Shown piece by piece: positions 23,998-35,311 of a stretch of 64,000 bases of DNA. The DNA lies in assembly GCA_031285625.1 (NCBI GenBank), contig JAITVV010000056.1:139975-203974 (forward strand). The letters are read 5' to 3'. This stretch comes from Prevotella sp. (GTDB lineage Bacteria; Bacteroidota; Bacteroidia; Bacteroidales; Dysgonomonadaceae). How positions within the stretch are numbered: the first letter of the stretch is position 1; each line of letters opens with the position of its first letter. Both the position numbers and the translations under genes were made by a program. The notes below the pieces were generated by a model. That model ran no database searches and had not been told where the DNA came from. It saw only the letters and a list, made by a program, of their open reading frames with translations.

Positions 23998-24098
23998 CTT
24001 TTAATTATTATAATATTATATACTTTCGTTTATTCTGAAATTCGCAGCGACAAAAATAGGTGTTTTCTCCTTATAAATAAAATCTTAGCTACTTTTTT

Positions 24099-25376
24099 TT
24101 ATTCGGTATAAAATTTAATAAGTTGTTCAAGCGCACTTTGACATGCAGGACAAAAATCCCTACAGGTATTTGTCTTCATCCTGCAATCAATTGCAGGACG
24201 ATAAATTCCTTTAGAAGAATAACCTGCACCTTCGAATACACCTAGCGGATATTTTTCTGCCAAATTAATATCTGTGGGAACAGGAGTACCTTCCAGTAAA
24301 ATACTACTCCACTTAGACTTGAAATCGACCAAAGTAGTTATATTCGGTTCCCATGGCTCTATATCAAAAGGATATGTATCACTAAACGTGTCGTTTTCAT
24401 AAAAATATTCATCAGCCAGCCCTCCAAAACTATGTCCGAATTCGTGAACAACAACAGGATTAAAGTCAGGATGCCCTGTGGTGGTTAATGTATAAGAATT
24501 GAAGATGCCCCCTCCCCCATACACATCGGTGTTTGCCAATATAATAATGTGTCCATAAGGTATACCAGCTATAGCATCATGAATATCTTTTACATTTGTT
24601 GTGGTCAGATATCTGTCCGAATAGAATGTATCAAAGTGCGAATGAAAAGCTGTTTCATTCCATTTACTTTCCCGGGGCACGCTTACCCCCGAATCTTCGG
24701 ATATCGTTTCTACAGCTATAAAATTAAATTTATCCTGCATCTTATTAAATGGAGTATGCGCCAATATCTGTCCACATGCTCTTTTTGCATGTTCTCTGAA
24801 TTTATCCATCTCTGAGGCAGTATATCCTTCTGCTAAAATAACTACATTAATGCATTTATCTACAGGATTCCCCTGATGAATAACTGTATATGCTGGTATA
24901 TTCTTCAGTCCTTTTTTCTTTATAAGAATATCGTTAGGGTCTACAACATGTTTCAATGCTATTCTATACAAACCATCTTTCTCACGCAGACTCACTTCTA
25001 CTTCAACTTTGTTTTTAGGATAAGGTAGCAAAAATGTGTTTTCAAAGCTTCTTCTTACTGCAGTTGCTTCAGGTATACTCTGCCACTCCTGAAAGAGAGA
25101 GCTGAACGAATCTCGATAAATGCACTTACCCGAACTTATATCCGTCACTTTTACCTGACCATTACCCATTCGTCCCAATTCAGACAAACGATGCCTCCTT
25201 CCTGCCCATTTAGGCAATTGATTCAACTGTTCTAAAGATACAGTTTGAGATACAGCATCTCCGGTAAATATATAATCTACGCGTAATGTTTTATCAATAA
25301 AATAGGTATTGAAATCCTGCGAATGGACGCCTATTGTTAATAAAAATAAGGAAATCGTTAATAGGAAATATTTCAT
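24099..25376 (-). CDS. M64 (IgA-peptidase family) metallopeptidase
   Basis: HEFGHSFGGLADEY, CRMK...FCPAC, signal peptide. Confidence 0.9.
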   Translation of the reverse strand: MKYFLLTISLFLLTIGVHSQDFNTYFIDKTLRVDYIFTGDAVSQTVSLEQLNQLPKWAGRRHRLSELGRMGNGQVKVTDISSGKCIYRDSFSSLFQEWQSIPEATAVRRSFENTFLLPYPKNKVEVEVSLREKDGLYRIALKHVVDPNDILIKKKGLKNIPAYTVIHQGNPVDKCINVVILAEGYTASEMDKFREHAKRACGQILAHTPFNKMQDKFNFIAVETISEDSGVSVPRESKWNETAFHSHFDTFYSDRYLTTTNVKDIHDAIAGIPYGHIIILANTDVYGGGGIFNSYTLTTTGHPDFNPVVVHEFGHSFGGLADEYFYENDTFSDTYPFDIEPWEPNITTLVDFKSKWSSILLEGTPVPTDINLAEKYPLGVFEGAGYSSKGIYRPAIDCRMKTNTCRDFCPACQSALEQLIKFYTE

Positions 25377-25566
25377 AGAAAGATTCGTTTAAACTATAAC
25401 AAAGATATAAAATTAATAACAGAATGAGGATTTTAGCTATATCAACTTATTCTATTTCTTAATGGATAGTGTGAAAATTTAAACTTTTTTTGATTTTTCA
25501 TATTATGCATTCTTGTATAATTGATTAGCTTTGCATCCGAATACACTATAAGTTCGAGGTCTCTAG

Positions 25567-28359
25567 ATGAGGAAGTTTCAGTTTGTGATGTATACTCTTT
25601 TGTTTGTCTTGTTTTCTGTACCTTTCTGGGGTGCACAAATCAGCCGTACAGAATATCGAACAATGCATTCACAGCAAGTATTAGATTCTCTCCCTCCAGA
25701 TTCCTCCAGACTCGCAAAACGCATTCGTCCCAGCAGGGACTCGGTTCGAAGCATGCAGAATGATTCAATACGAATGCGCGGTGATTCTTTACCTTCCGAT
25801 ACTACAAAGAAAAAGAAAGCTGTACTGGATGCTATTGTAGACTATACAGCAAATGACTCTATCGTTCTTACTTCCGGAAACTGGGGATACCTCTATGGAG
25901 AAAGTGAAGTGAAATATACAGACATATCCCTTAAAGGTGAAAAGATATGGATGAATATGGATAGCAGCCTTGTATATGCTACATATGGTCTTGATTCTAT
26001 TGGTAAAGAGTTTGGCTATCCCGTTTTCACCGACAAAGGAACGGATTATGAGTCTAAAACGATGAAATATAACTTTAAGACAAAAAAAGGTTATATCACC
26101 AACGTAATTACAACACAAGGAGAAGGCTATATTGTAGCCAATCAGGCGAAAAAGAACGAGGATAACTCTTTCTTTATGCGCGATGGCAAATACACAACTT
26201 GTGATGATCATGAACATCCCCATTTTTATCTGGCATTGACCAAGGCTAAAGTCAAACCCAAAAAGAATGTGGTAACAGGGCCGGCCTATCTTGTAATAGA
26301 GGACCTGCCTCTGCCTATAGGATTGCCTTTCGGATTTTTTCCTTTCTCTGATAAGTATTCATCAGGGGTTATAATGCCTTCTTATGGAGACGAGCTGGAA
26401 AGAGGTTTTAACCTTCGCGATGGTGGATATTATTTTGCGATTAGCGATAATATCGATTTAGCTCTCACAGGTGAAATCTATACAAAAGGATCATGGGGAG
26501 TGAATGCCCGTTCTACCTATCGTAAACGTTATAAGTATTCAGGCTCATTCGATGCCGGTTATCTGGTAACTAAAACAGGAGAAAAAGGTATCGATTACAG
26601 TCTGGCTAAGGATATGAGAATAAACTGGACACACTCACAAGACCCTAAAGCAAATATGTTTCGTACATTGTCTGCAAATGTTCAGTTTTCAACAAGTACC
26701 TATGACCGTAATAATCTGAACAGTCATTTTACACCGATGGGTACTCAAAACACAAAAAGTTCGAGTGTAAACCTCACTCAGAAGATACCAAACTCACCCT
26801 GGAGTATATCGGCTAACATGAGTGTTGCCCAACGTACTCAGGATTCAAGTATATCCCTCACACTGCCGAATATTACTGTCACAATGAGCCGTATTGCCCC
26901 ATTTAAAAGAAAAGAAGCAGTAGGTTCGGAGCGTTGGTATGAAAAAATACAGTTGAGTTATACAGGAGATTTCAGGAACAGTATAGATACAAAAGAAAAC
27001 CTTTTGTTTAAATCAAACTTGCAGAAAGACTGGAAAAATGCGATGAAACATACAATTCCAATTTCTGCAACATTCAGTGCTTTTAACTATCTGAATATAA
27101 CACCTTCAATCAATTATACAGAACGGTGGTATACAAGTAAAATAGAAGAGAGATGGAATAGTATGACCCGCAGACATGAAGTGGTGGATACAACCTACTC
27201 TTTCAACCGTGTATATGACTTTAATATCGCCCTCGGGTTCCAGACAAAGCTATACGGGATGTTCACCCCGGTTTTTTCAAAAACAACTCAAATCCGGCAT
27301 GTTTTTACCCCTAGTATAAGTTTAAGTTATGCTCCCGATTTTAGCAATTCGGGCTTTGGATTTTATGAAAGCTACTATTACTACGATGCTGAGGGAAAAT
27401 GGGTAGAGCATAAATATTCACCGTTCAAGCAAGGTATGTTCGGTACTGCTCCCCAAGGCGCCCAAGGGATGATCAATTTCAGTTTCGACAACAATGTGGA
27501 AATGAAAATGAGAACATCCAACGACTCTATTAAGAAAATAAGCCTGATAGACCAACTGGGCATTAATTTCAGTCACAACATGATGGCTAAGGAGTTTAAA
27601 TGGAGTGATATCAATGCAAACCTTCGCCTTAAATTCAGCAAATCGTTTGTGGTTAATCTGAATGCCGCTTTCGATCCATATTTGTATAAAGCTGTCAAAA
27701 ACAGCGATGGAGATATAACAAGTCTGGAAAGGGTTGATGAACTGCGTATTATGAATGGGAAAGGCTTTGGACGGTTAAAGAGCACGGGATATTCCATATC
27801 TCCATCCATTAATCAGGATACTTTCAAAAAACTGTTTGGAAGGGATATCAAAAAAGATGACAACAAAGATGAGACAACAGGTGAAGAGTCTACTGAAACA
27901 GCAGAGGGGGGTGAGCGTAAAAGCCTTCTGGAAGGAAAGAAAGACGACAATCAATATGATGAAGACGGATATATAAAAAATGATATAAAATGGAATCTGG
28001 GAATCAGTTTTTCCATGAACTATAATACGAATAAACTGCCAAAAAAATCAGATAGAGACGGTTATGCCGAATACAGAGGAAGTTTAACGAAGTCTCTAAG
28101 TCTGAACGGAAATATCCAACCTACCCGTAACTGGAGTTTCAACTTTAATGCCAGTTATGATTTTGATGCCGGAAAAATAGCTTATATGAGTTGTAATCTT
28201 ACTCGTAATCTACACTGCTGGTCTATTTCTGCCAGCTTCAATCCGGTAGGGCAATATAAAACATATTATGTATCTTTACGTGCAAGTTCTTCACTATTAC
28301 AAGATTTGAAATACGAGCAACGGGGACGTTCTTCCAGTTACGATCCTAACTGGGATTAA
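25567..28359 (+). CDS. lptD: Putative LPS-assembly protein LptD (Bacteroidetes type)
   Basis: 930 aa with signal peptide, YTTCD...HPHFY, C-terminal RNLHCW and beta-barrel character. Confidence 0.8.
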   Translation: MRKFQFVMYTLLFVLFSVPFWGAQISRTEYRTMHSQQVLDSLPPDSSRLAKRIRPSRDSVRSMQNDSIRMRGDSLPSDTTKKKKAVLDAIVDYTANDSIVLTSGNWGYLYGESEVKYTDISLKGEKIWMNMDSSLVYATYGLDSIGKEFGYPVFTDKGTDYESKTMKYNFKTKKGYITNVITTQGEGYIVANQAKKNEDNSFFMRDGKYTTCDDHEHPHFYLALTKAKVKPKKNVVTGPAYLVIEDLPLPIGLPFGFFPFSDKYSSGVIMPSYGDELERGFNLRDGGYYFAISDNIDLALTGEIYTKGSWGVNARSTYRKRYKYSGSFDAGYLVTKTGEKGIDYSLAKDMRINWTHSQDPKANMFRTLSANVQFSTSTYDRNNLNSHFTPMGTQNTKSSSVNLTQKIPNSPWSISANMSVAQRTQDSSISLTLPNITVTMSRIAPFKRKEAVGSERWYEKIQLSYTGDFRNSIDTKENLLFKSNLQKDWKNAMKHTIPISATFSAFNYLNITPSINYTERWYTSKIEERWNSMTRRHEVVDTTYSFNRVYDFNIALGFQTKLYGMFTPVFSKTTQIRHVFTPSISLSYAPDFSNSGFGFYESYYYYDAEGKWVEHKYSPFKQGMFGTAPQGAQGMINFSFDNNVEMKMRTSNDSIKKISLIDQLGINFSHNMMAKEFKWSDINANLRLKFSKSFVVNLNAAFDPYLYKAVKNSDGDITSLERVDELRIMNGKGFGRLKSTGYSISPSINQDTFKKLFGRDIKKDDNKDETTGEESTETAEGGERKSLLEGKKDDNQYDEDGYIKNDIKWNLGISFSMNYNTNKLPKKSDRDGYAEYRGSLTKSLSLNGNIQPTRNWSFNFNASYDFDAGKIAYMSCNLTRNLHCWSISASFNPVGQYKTYYVSLRASSSLLQDLKYEQRGRSSSYDPNWD

Positions 28360-28590
28360 TTATGAAGCAACCTCTTTATAGATATTTATCTATTATAGCA
28401 GATGTACTCGATTAGTAAAAAGTGACATGTAAAATTGACAGAGAGTTGTTACTTTTGTCACCTTTTAACAATATTACATTTAATTATCAGCTATTTACAC
28501 ATTTTACTTATTGTAACTTTTTACTTAAATGGCATTTGATATTATTGAAATGTTTACACAATTAATATATTTAACCTTAATTATTTAAAG

Positions 28591-31248
28591 ATGAGAAGAA
28601 TTATTTTCTACTCTGTATTATTAGTTACCATAGCATTTATTACAAATGCATGTAATTCATCCGACAAACATTTTTTGAAGGATACACAATACAGAGAACA
28701 AGTACATGAACAATTCCTAAAACGTAAAGACCTGGCTACCAACCGTAGCGAACAACTTTTTTCGGTTTTTGACAAACAAGATCTAACAATAGAACAACGG
28801 GAAGCCTTGGAATTCTTGTATGCTTATATGCCATTGTCCGATCTGGCTGATTATGATGGGGACTTTTTCCTTGGACAGGTAGACGCAGCATTTAATGCAC
28901 GCGAATATTTTGATTGGGGAAAGAAAATTCCGGATGATATATTCCGTCATTTTGTATTAGTTTATCGTGTGAATAACGAGAATCTGGATACTGCCCGTCA
29001 GGTATTTTTCGATGAGCTAAAAGACAGGGTTAAGGACTTGACTATGGAAAAAGCCGTTCTGGAAGTAAACCACTGGTGTCACGAGAAAGTAACATATAGA
29101 GGAACAGACGGTAGAACTTCATCTCCATTAGCTTTAGCTAAAACTTCATGGGGACGGTGTGGCGAAGAATCAACATTCACCACAGCCGCTTTACGAGCTG
29201 TTGGTATACCCGCACGCCAATGCTATACACCACGATGGGCTCATACTGATGACAATCATGCATGGGTAGAAGCCTGGGTAGATGGTAAGTGGCACTACAT
29301 AGGTGCCTGTGAACCTGAGCCTGAACTTGATGTAGCCTGGTTTTCAGCCCCAGTCAAGAGGGCTATGATGGTGCATACCAACGTATTTGGCTTGTATAAT
29401 GGACCTGAAGAAAAGAATGTACAAACCGACCTCTATTCTGTTATTAACTTGCTAGGCAACTATACCACTACCAGAGATGTAAAAGTAAAAGTTGTGGATG
29501 AAGCAGGTAAACCGGTAGAAGGTGCTACTGTGAAATTTAAGGTATATAACTATGCTGAGTTCTATCCGATAGCGACCGGTATAACCAAAGATGATGGTAC
29601 CGCATCAATCCTTTCCGGGATGGGCGATGTCTTCCTATGGGCAAATAAGGGCGATGTATATGGTTATGCTAAATCCACTTCTGAGTCCGGAGAGGTGACT
29701 ATTACACTAAACAGCAAGCCTGGCAAGGATTTTGAAGAAATACTTGTTATTGAAGCCCCTGCCGAACAGGCGGTAAAGGAGATCTCTACTGAAAAAATTG
29801 CCGAAAATGCGAAGAGACTGGCTCATGAAGATTCAATTCGTAATACTTATATGGCTACATTCATAAGCGAAGCTGATGCCCGCAAATTTGCCGGGGATAA
29901 CAAGTTGAATCCGGATAAGACATGGGATATCCTTTCTAAATCGCAAGGGAACTGGGAAGAGATACAATCTTTTATGAAAGCTAAAAAAGATAATCCTTAT
30001 GTAAATACATTTTTACTATCACTTAGAGATAAAGATCTGCGGGATACTCCTTCTGCATACTTATTGGATCATCTGACTATTGGTGATGGTATAGCTGCCA
30101 ATAAAGTAGTAAGTGACGATCCTCTTATAAAGAACATATATTCCCCACGGATTGCATTAGAACTGATACGTCCTTGGCGAAGTTTCTTTAAGAAAGAATT
30201 GACTGAGGATTTTATAAATAAATCAAGGAGTGATATAAACGAAGTTATAAAATTTGTACAAGAGAATATTAAAACTGACGAGGATCAGAATTATTTCAAA
30301 TGCCCGATATCCCCACAAGGAGTATATGAATTGAAGGTATCCGACAAAGGCTCAAGAGATATATTATTTGTTGCATTGTGTCGTTCTATGGATATTCCTT
30401 CGCGTATCGACCGGGCAACAGGACGTCCGCAATACCTGAAAGCAGAAAATGGTATGTGGACTGATGTATTCTTTGATAAACAAACAGAAGAAAAGCCTAA
30501 AGCTACAATTCAGTTTGCAAATGCTAAAAATAACATTGTGAAACCGGGGTATTATACGCATTTCACAATTGCACGTTATGAGAACGGTGATTTCGTCACT
30601 CTTAACTATGAAAATAGCATAAAAGATCTTCCATCCAAGATCTCAGTTGATGCAGGTTATTATCGTGTAATGATAGGTAGTCGCGGAAACGATGGTTCGG
30701 TAACTATAAACACGCGTTACTTTGAGATAAAAGAAAAAGAAACGAAAACTCAGGAAATCAGTTTACCTGAAATAGAAGGACGTATTCAGGTACAAGGAAT
30801 AGTAGATCCAAATACGGTAGTAACTTTGAATGACGGAAGTAAAAAAACGCTGAAAGAATTGACCAATGGTAAAGGACTCATGATATGTTTCGCTGATCCG
30901 GACAAGGAACCAACTAAGCATATACTTCAGGACTTGCCTGCAGTGCAACAGCCTATTGAAGAATGGGGTGGCGGTATCTTATTTGCTATACCTGATGACA
31001 AGCTAAGCAAAGCATTTGACGCATCAGTCTTCAAAAATTTACCAAAACAATCATTATGGATGACTGACAATAACAGGGCATTGCTGAACACAGTAGCAGG
31101 AGCCTTACAGATTGAATTTTCTAACAATTTCCCATTAACGATTTATTTATCCACTAATGGTGGTATCCTTTATTCATCGCAGGGTTATCGCATCGGAATC
31201 GGAGAAAATATCATCAAAACAATCGAACTGGAAAAAGGAACGAAGTAA
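28591..31248 (+). CDS. Transglutaminase-like domain lipoprotein
   Basis: Lipobox TNAC, GRCGEES (Cys) and NHAWVE (His) motifs. Confidence 0.85.
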   Translation: MRRIIFYSVLLVTIAFITNACNSSDKHFLKDTQYREQVHEQFLKRKDLATNRSEQLFSVFDKQDLTIEQREALEFLYAYMPLSDLADYDGDFFLGQVDAAFNAREYFDWGKKIPDDIFRHFVLVYRVNNENLDTARQVFFDELKDRVKDLTMEKAVLEVNHWCHEKVTYRGTDGRTSSPLALAKTSWGRCGEESTFTTAALRAVGIPARQCYTPRWAHTDDNHAWVEAWVDGKWHYIGACEPEPELDVAWFSAPVKRAMMVHTNVFGLYNGPEEKNVQTDLYSVINLLGNYTTTRDVKVKVVDEAGKPVEGATVKFKVYNYAEFYPIATGITKDDGTASILSGMGDVFLWANKGDVYGYAKSTSESGEVTITLNSKPGKDFEEILVIEAPAEQAVKEISTEKIAENAKRLAHEDSIRNTYMATFISEADARKFAGDNKLNPDKTWDILSKSQGNWEEIQSFMKAKKDNPYVNTFLLSLRDKDLRDTPSAYLLDHLTIGDGIAANKVVSDDPLIKNIYSPRIALELIRPWRSFFKKELTEDFINKSRSDINEVIKFVQENIKTDEDQNYFKCPISPQGVYELKVSDKGSRDILFVALCRSMDIPSRIDRATGRPQYLKAENGMWTDVFFDKQTEEKPKATIQFANAKNNIVKPGYYTHFTIARYENGDFVTLNYENSIKDLPSKISVDAGYYRVMIGSRGNDGSVTINTRYFEIKEKETKTQEISLPEIEGRIQVQGIVDPNTVVTLNDGSKKTLKELTNGKGLMICFADPDKEPTKHILQDLPAVQQPIEEWGGGILFAIPDDKLSKAFDASVFKNLPKQSLWMTDNNRALLNTVAGALQIEFSNNFPLTIYLSTNGGILYSSQGYRIGIGENIIKTIELEKGTK

Positions 31249-31266
31249 ATATAATACTTATAAAAG

Positions 31267-31299
31267 AAATAGGCACTGATCAATGACCAGTGCCTATTT
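31267..31299. terminator. Bidirectional terminator
   Basis: aaataggcactg/cagtgcctattt stem between convergent genes. Confidence 0.85.
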
Positions 31300-31320
31300 T
31301 ACTATAATAGTTCTAATAAA

Positions 31321-32739
31321 TTAGTATCTGTAATGATCCGGTTTGTAGGGGCCTTCTACCGGAACGCCTAAATAATCAGCTTGCTCTTCGGTCAATTTAG
31401 TTAGTTTCACACCTATTTGTTCAAGGTGTAAACGAGCTACTTCCTCATCCAAATGTTTTGGTAAACGATACACATTTACTTCATAATCACGCACCCACAA
31501 CTCTAACTGAGCTAAAGTCTGATTTGTAAATGAATTACTCATTACAAAAGAAGGATGCCCTGTAGCACAGCCTAAGTTAACTAAGCGACCTTCAGCTAAT
31601 AAGAATATAGAATGTCCTTCAGGGAAAGTGTATTTATCTACCTGAGGTTTAATATTCAGATGTTTGATACTTGGATAGTTTACCAGCTTTTCTACTTGTA
31701 TCTCATTATCAAAGTGACCAATATTACATACAATCGCCTGATCTTTCATACGGGACATATGTTCTATTGTGATTATATCTTTGTTTCCTGTTGTAGTTAC
31801 AAAGATATTCCCTTCTTTAACAGCCTCTTCCATTGTAGTTACTTCAAAGCCTTCCATCGCTGCCTGTAATGCACAGATAGGATCGATTTCTGTAACAATT
31901 ACACGCGCTCCGTATGAACGCATAGAATGGGCACAACCTTTACCAACATCTCCATATCCCGCAATAACCGCAACTTTACCTGCGATCATTACATCTGTTG
32001 CACGCTTGATACCATCAGCAAGCGATTCGCGACAACCATAAAGATTGTCAAATTTAGATTTCGTCACCGAATCGTTTACATTTATAGCCGGAACAAGAAG
32101 TTCTCCACGTTCCATCATTTGATACAAGCGATGTACACCTGTTGTTGTTTCCTCAGAAACTCCTTTCCAGTCAGCAACAGTGCGATGCCATCTGTTTTTA
32201 TCTTCTTGCAAAATACGGGATAGTGTATCTAAAATAACTTGTTCTTCGTGGCTAGAAGCTTTTTTATCTAGGAAATCAGGATTTTCTTCCGCTTTATATC
32301 CCCAGTGAATCAGCAAGGTTGCATCTCCTCCATCATCTACAATCAAGTGAGGACCTTTACCATCAGGGAATGAGAGAGCCTGCTCTGTACACCACCAATA
32401 CTCTTCAAGGGTTTCACCTTTCCAAGCGAAAACCGGGATGCCGGCTGCTGCGATTGCTGCTGCTGCATGGTCTTGTGTTGAGAAAATATTACAGCTTACC
32501 CAGCGTATATCAGCTCCCAGTTCTTTAAGGGTCTCTATTAAAACTGCTGTTTGAACTGTCATATGAAGAGAGCCCATTATGCGAGCACCTTTCAAGGGTT
32601 TAGTAGCTCCGTATTTTTTACGAAGAGCCATTAATCCAGGCATTTCATGCTCCGCTATTTCTATTTCTTTTCTTCCAAAATCGGCCAGACTAATGTCTGC
32701 TACCAGATATGGTAAATTAGGTATAAGTTCTTTTGACAT
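31321..32739 (-). CDS. ahcY: Adenosylhomocysteinase
   Basis: [20 protein letters not shown] and GYGDVGKG motifs. Confidence 0.98.
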   Translation of the reverse strand: MSKELIPNLPYLVADISLADFGRKEIEIAEHEMPGLMALRKKYGATKPLKGARIMGSLHMTVQTAVLIETLKELGADIRWVSCNIFSTQDHAAAAIAAAGIPVFAWKGETLEEYWWCTEQALSFPDGKGPHLIVDDGGDATLLIHWGYKAEENPDFLDKKASSHEEQVILDTLSRILQEDKNRWHRTVADWKGVSEETTTGVHRLYQMMERGELLVPAINVNDSVTKSKFDNLYGCRESLADGIKRATDVMIAGKVAVIAGYGDVGKGCAHSMRSYGARVIVTEIDPICALQAAMEGFEVTTMEEAVKEGNIFVTTTGNKDIITIEHMSRMKDQAIVCNIGHFDNEIQVEKLVNYPSIKHLNIKPQVDKYTFPEGHSIFLLAEGRLVNLGCATGHPSFVMSNSFTNQTLAQLELWVRDYEVNVYRLPKHLDEEVARLHLEQIGVKLTKLTEEQADYLGVPVEGPYKPDHYRY

Positions 32740-32753
32740 CTATTTATTAGTTA

Positions 32754-33836
32754 TTAAATATATTTTTCTCCATATTTTAGTTTTACATCAGCAACAAACT
32801 GCTTGATACGCTGCTCGTCATTCTTTTTACAGATTAGCAGTACTCCATCGGCTTCTGCAACTATATATCCTTCTAATCCTTGTATTACAGCGAGCTTTCC
32901 TGCAGGAAGAGTTACAATATTTTCGGAACTGTCGAAGAACAGTGTCTCAGCAATTAGCGAGGCGTTGGCATCATTATCTTTATCTGATATTTCATACAAA
33001 GAGCCCCATGTACCAAGGTCTGACCATCCAAACTCTGCAGCCTGAACATATACATTTCCGGCTTTTTCCATGATTCCGTAATCGATAGATATATTAGGAC
33101 AGAATGGAAAATTCTCATCTATAAAATTCTTTTCATTTTCAGTACCGAAAAGATTCAGTCCCTGGTCAAAACGCGAGGTAATTTCAGGAAGATGTTCATG
33201 AAAAGCATCCAATATAGTTCTATTATTCCAGATAAAGATACCTGAATTCCAGAGGAACTCACCGCTTTCAAAGAAAACTTTAGCTAATTCTAAATTCGGT
33301 TTTTCTGTAAATACTTTTACTTTATTTACTCCATCTAATTGTTCTTCACTCATCTGAATATATCCATATCCCGTTTCAGGACGACTAGGACGGATACCAA
33401 GCGTAAGTAATGTATCATGTTTTGCGACAAAGGCAAAAGCATTTTGTATAATAGAAAGAAATTCCTGCTCTTTAAGTATTAAATGGTCGGAAGGTGCAAC
33501 GACAATATTCGCATCCGGATTAAAAGAATTTATATGGTAAGTAGCAAAAGCAATACATGGAGCTGTATTCCTTCTCATTGGTTCCAACAATATTTGATTT
33601 GGCTTAAGTTCCGGTAATTCATCCATTACCATCTGCGCATACTCATTGTTGGTAACAATATATATATTCTCTATCGGTAAGATTTTTTTGAACCTATCAA
33701 CAGTCATTTGCAAAAGGGAACGACCTGTTCCAAAAAAATCGAGGAACTGTTTAGGGCGTGCTTCGCGGCTAAAAGGCCAAAAGCGGCTACCTATGCCGCC
33801 TCCCATTATTACACAATAATTATTTTTATTATCCAT
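32754..33836 (-). CDS. manC: Mannose-1-phosphate guanylyltransferase
   Basis: GGIGSRFWP..R..PKQFL, EKP and WSDLGTW motifs. Confidence 0.95.
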   Translation of the reverse strand: MDNKNNYCVIMGGGIGSRFWPFSREARPKQFLDFFGTGRSLLQMTVDRFKKILPIENIYIVTNNEYAQMVMDELPELKPNQILLEPMRRNTAPCIAFATYHINSFNPDANIVVAPSDHLILKEQEFLSIIQNAFAFVAKHDTLLTLGIRPSRPETGYGYIQMSEEQLDGVNKVKVFTEKPNLELAKVFFESGEFLWNSGIFIWNNRTILDAFHEHLPEITSRFDQGLNLFGTENEKNFIDENFPFCPNISIDYGIMEKAGNVYVQAAEFGWSDLGTWGSLYEISDKDNDANASLIAETLFFDSSENIVTLPAGKLAVIQGLEGYIVAEADGVLLICKKNDEQRIKQFVADVKLKYGEKYI

Positions 33837-33986
33837 ATAATTATAATTTACGCAAAGTTACATCATACTAATATACAAACAAAACAATTAGAAACAATAG
33901 GTATAAAAAAGATATAGCAATTTTTCAAAAAAGTTAAGTATGACTCTTTGATATAAGAAAAATATGTGTATTTTTGCACCGCACAA

Positions 33987-34070
33987 GCCCAGATGGCGGA
34001 ATTGGTAGACGCGCTGGTCTCAAACACCAGTGGATTTACTTCCATGCCGGTTCGATCCCGGCTCTGGGTA
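33987..34070 (+). tRNA. tRNA-Leu(CAA), probable island attachment site
   Basis: Anticodon arm CTGGT-CTCAAAC-ACCAG with long variable arm. Promoter TTTG (33947-50) plus TATTTTTG (33969-76). Confidence 0.97.
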
Positions 34071-34074
34071 CTTA

Positions 34075-34108
34075 AAAACCCTGATTTTTAGCTGAAAATC
34101 AGGGTTTT
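34075..34108 (+). terminator. Hairpin/terminator after tRNA-Leu
   Basis: 14-bp stem aaaaccctgatttt/aaaatcagggtttt. Confidence 0.75.
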
Positions 34109-34119
34109 GCTATTTCGTG

Positions 34120-34139
34120 AGGGACAAAATAGGGACAAA
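34120..34139. repeat. Tandem AGGGACAAA repeats (integrase arm-type-like sites)
   Basis: agggacaaa at 34120-28 and 34131-39, about 50 bp past the tRNA 3' end. Function is inferred. Confidence 0.55.
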
Positions 34140-34282
34140 GATTATTATATATAATAAAGCATAAGGATTCTTGTTATTATTAAAAAATCACAATTATTTA
34201 TTGGAATAATGTGATAACTTTGCAAAGTAATTGTTATTATTGTAATATAGATATAAACAAAATTATCTATAGGATAAATTAT

Positions 34283-35311
34283 ATGAGTCAATCAGATTAC
34301 ATAAAAGATATTGCAAAATATGGGCTTGAAAATGACTATGAAAAGTTATTGCAAGCCTTAAATGAGCTTATTGATCATTCCAAAAAGACCAAAAAGATAA
34401 ATTTTGCAATTCAACTCCAAAGTATTCTGAGAGATTCAATACGCCAACAACAAACAAGTGGCCTTTCTATAGTTGGTTCGCCTAAGCATATTTTGAAAGA
34501 AGAAGACAAGGAGATGTCTGAGTTAATTCTTGAAAAACTCACTTCTGATTATAGGCTTAAAGATCTTGTATGTACTGATAATGTCTTGACAGAATTACAA
34601 TATTTCATTAAGGAGCATCAATCTATAGATGTTCTAAATAAGTTTGAATTACCGATTTCTAATAAGGTACTGTTCTATGGTCCATCTGGCTGCGGGAAGA
34701 CCTTAGCTGCTTACGTATTAGCAGGAGAACTTGAAAAGCTTATGATTGTAGTTAATCTCGGAGCTATTGTATCTTCAAGACTAGGAGAAACTAGTAAAAA
34801 CCTTGCTAAAATTTTCAAAAGAGCTGCTTCTGAGAAAGCAATCATCTTTATTGATGAATTTGATAGTTTAGGTAAAATTAGAGATTACAGTCAAGATCAT
34901 GGAGAAATGAAAAGAGTTGTAAATACAATACTACAACTTTTTGACTATATGCCCAAAGAATGTATTGTCATAGCAGCAACGAATCAAATTAATATGATTG
35001 ACAATGCATTATGCAGACGTTTTGACCTTGTCTTAGGATTAGAAAAACCAGATGAAAAGCATATCAGAGAGTTAATTGATAAAACATTATTATCCACAAA
35101 TTTTGCTTTTGATAATAAAAAAGTCATCAATACTATTATAAAGAAATGTGCGGGGTTGTCTTATTATACAATACAGAAGACTCTTATTACTGCAATAAAA
35201 AGAAGCTTATTTGAAAAAATTGAAAATAAGTCTATATCAATGAAAATAAATACACAAATATGGAAAGAGTTAATTGATCAAGAACAATCAAATATCTCCA
35301 AACAAATCTAA
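34283..35311 (+). CDS. AAA+ ATPase, IetA-like
   Basis: Walker A GPSGCGKT, Walker B IIFIDEFD, SRH AATN...D.AL.RRFD. Start at ATG 34283; -7 box TAACTTTG at 34215-22. Confidence 0.88.
   Translation: MSQSDYIKDIAKYGLENDYEKLLQALNELIDHSKKTKKINFAIQLQSILRDSIRQQQTSGLSIVGSPKHILKEEDKEMSELILEKLTSDYRLKDLVCTDNVLTELQYFIKEHQSIDVLNKFELPISNKVLFYGPSGCGKTLAAYVLAGELEKLMIVVNLGAIVSSRLGETSKNLAKIFKRAASEKAIIFIDEFDSLGKIRDYSQDHGEMKRVVNTILQLFDYMPKECIVIAATNQINMIDNALCRRFDLVLGLEKPDEKHIRELIDKTLLSTNFAFDNKKVINTIIKKCAGLSYYTIQKTLITAIKRSLFEKIENKSISMKINTQIWKELIDQEQSNISKQI

Noticed and set aside
32740-32753. SAH riboswitch before ahcY
   Set aside because: Only 14 nt separate manC and ahcY, leaving no room.
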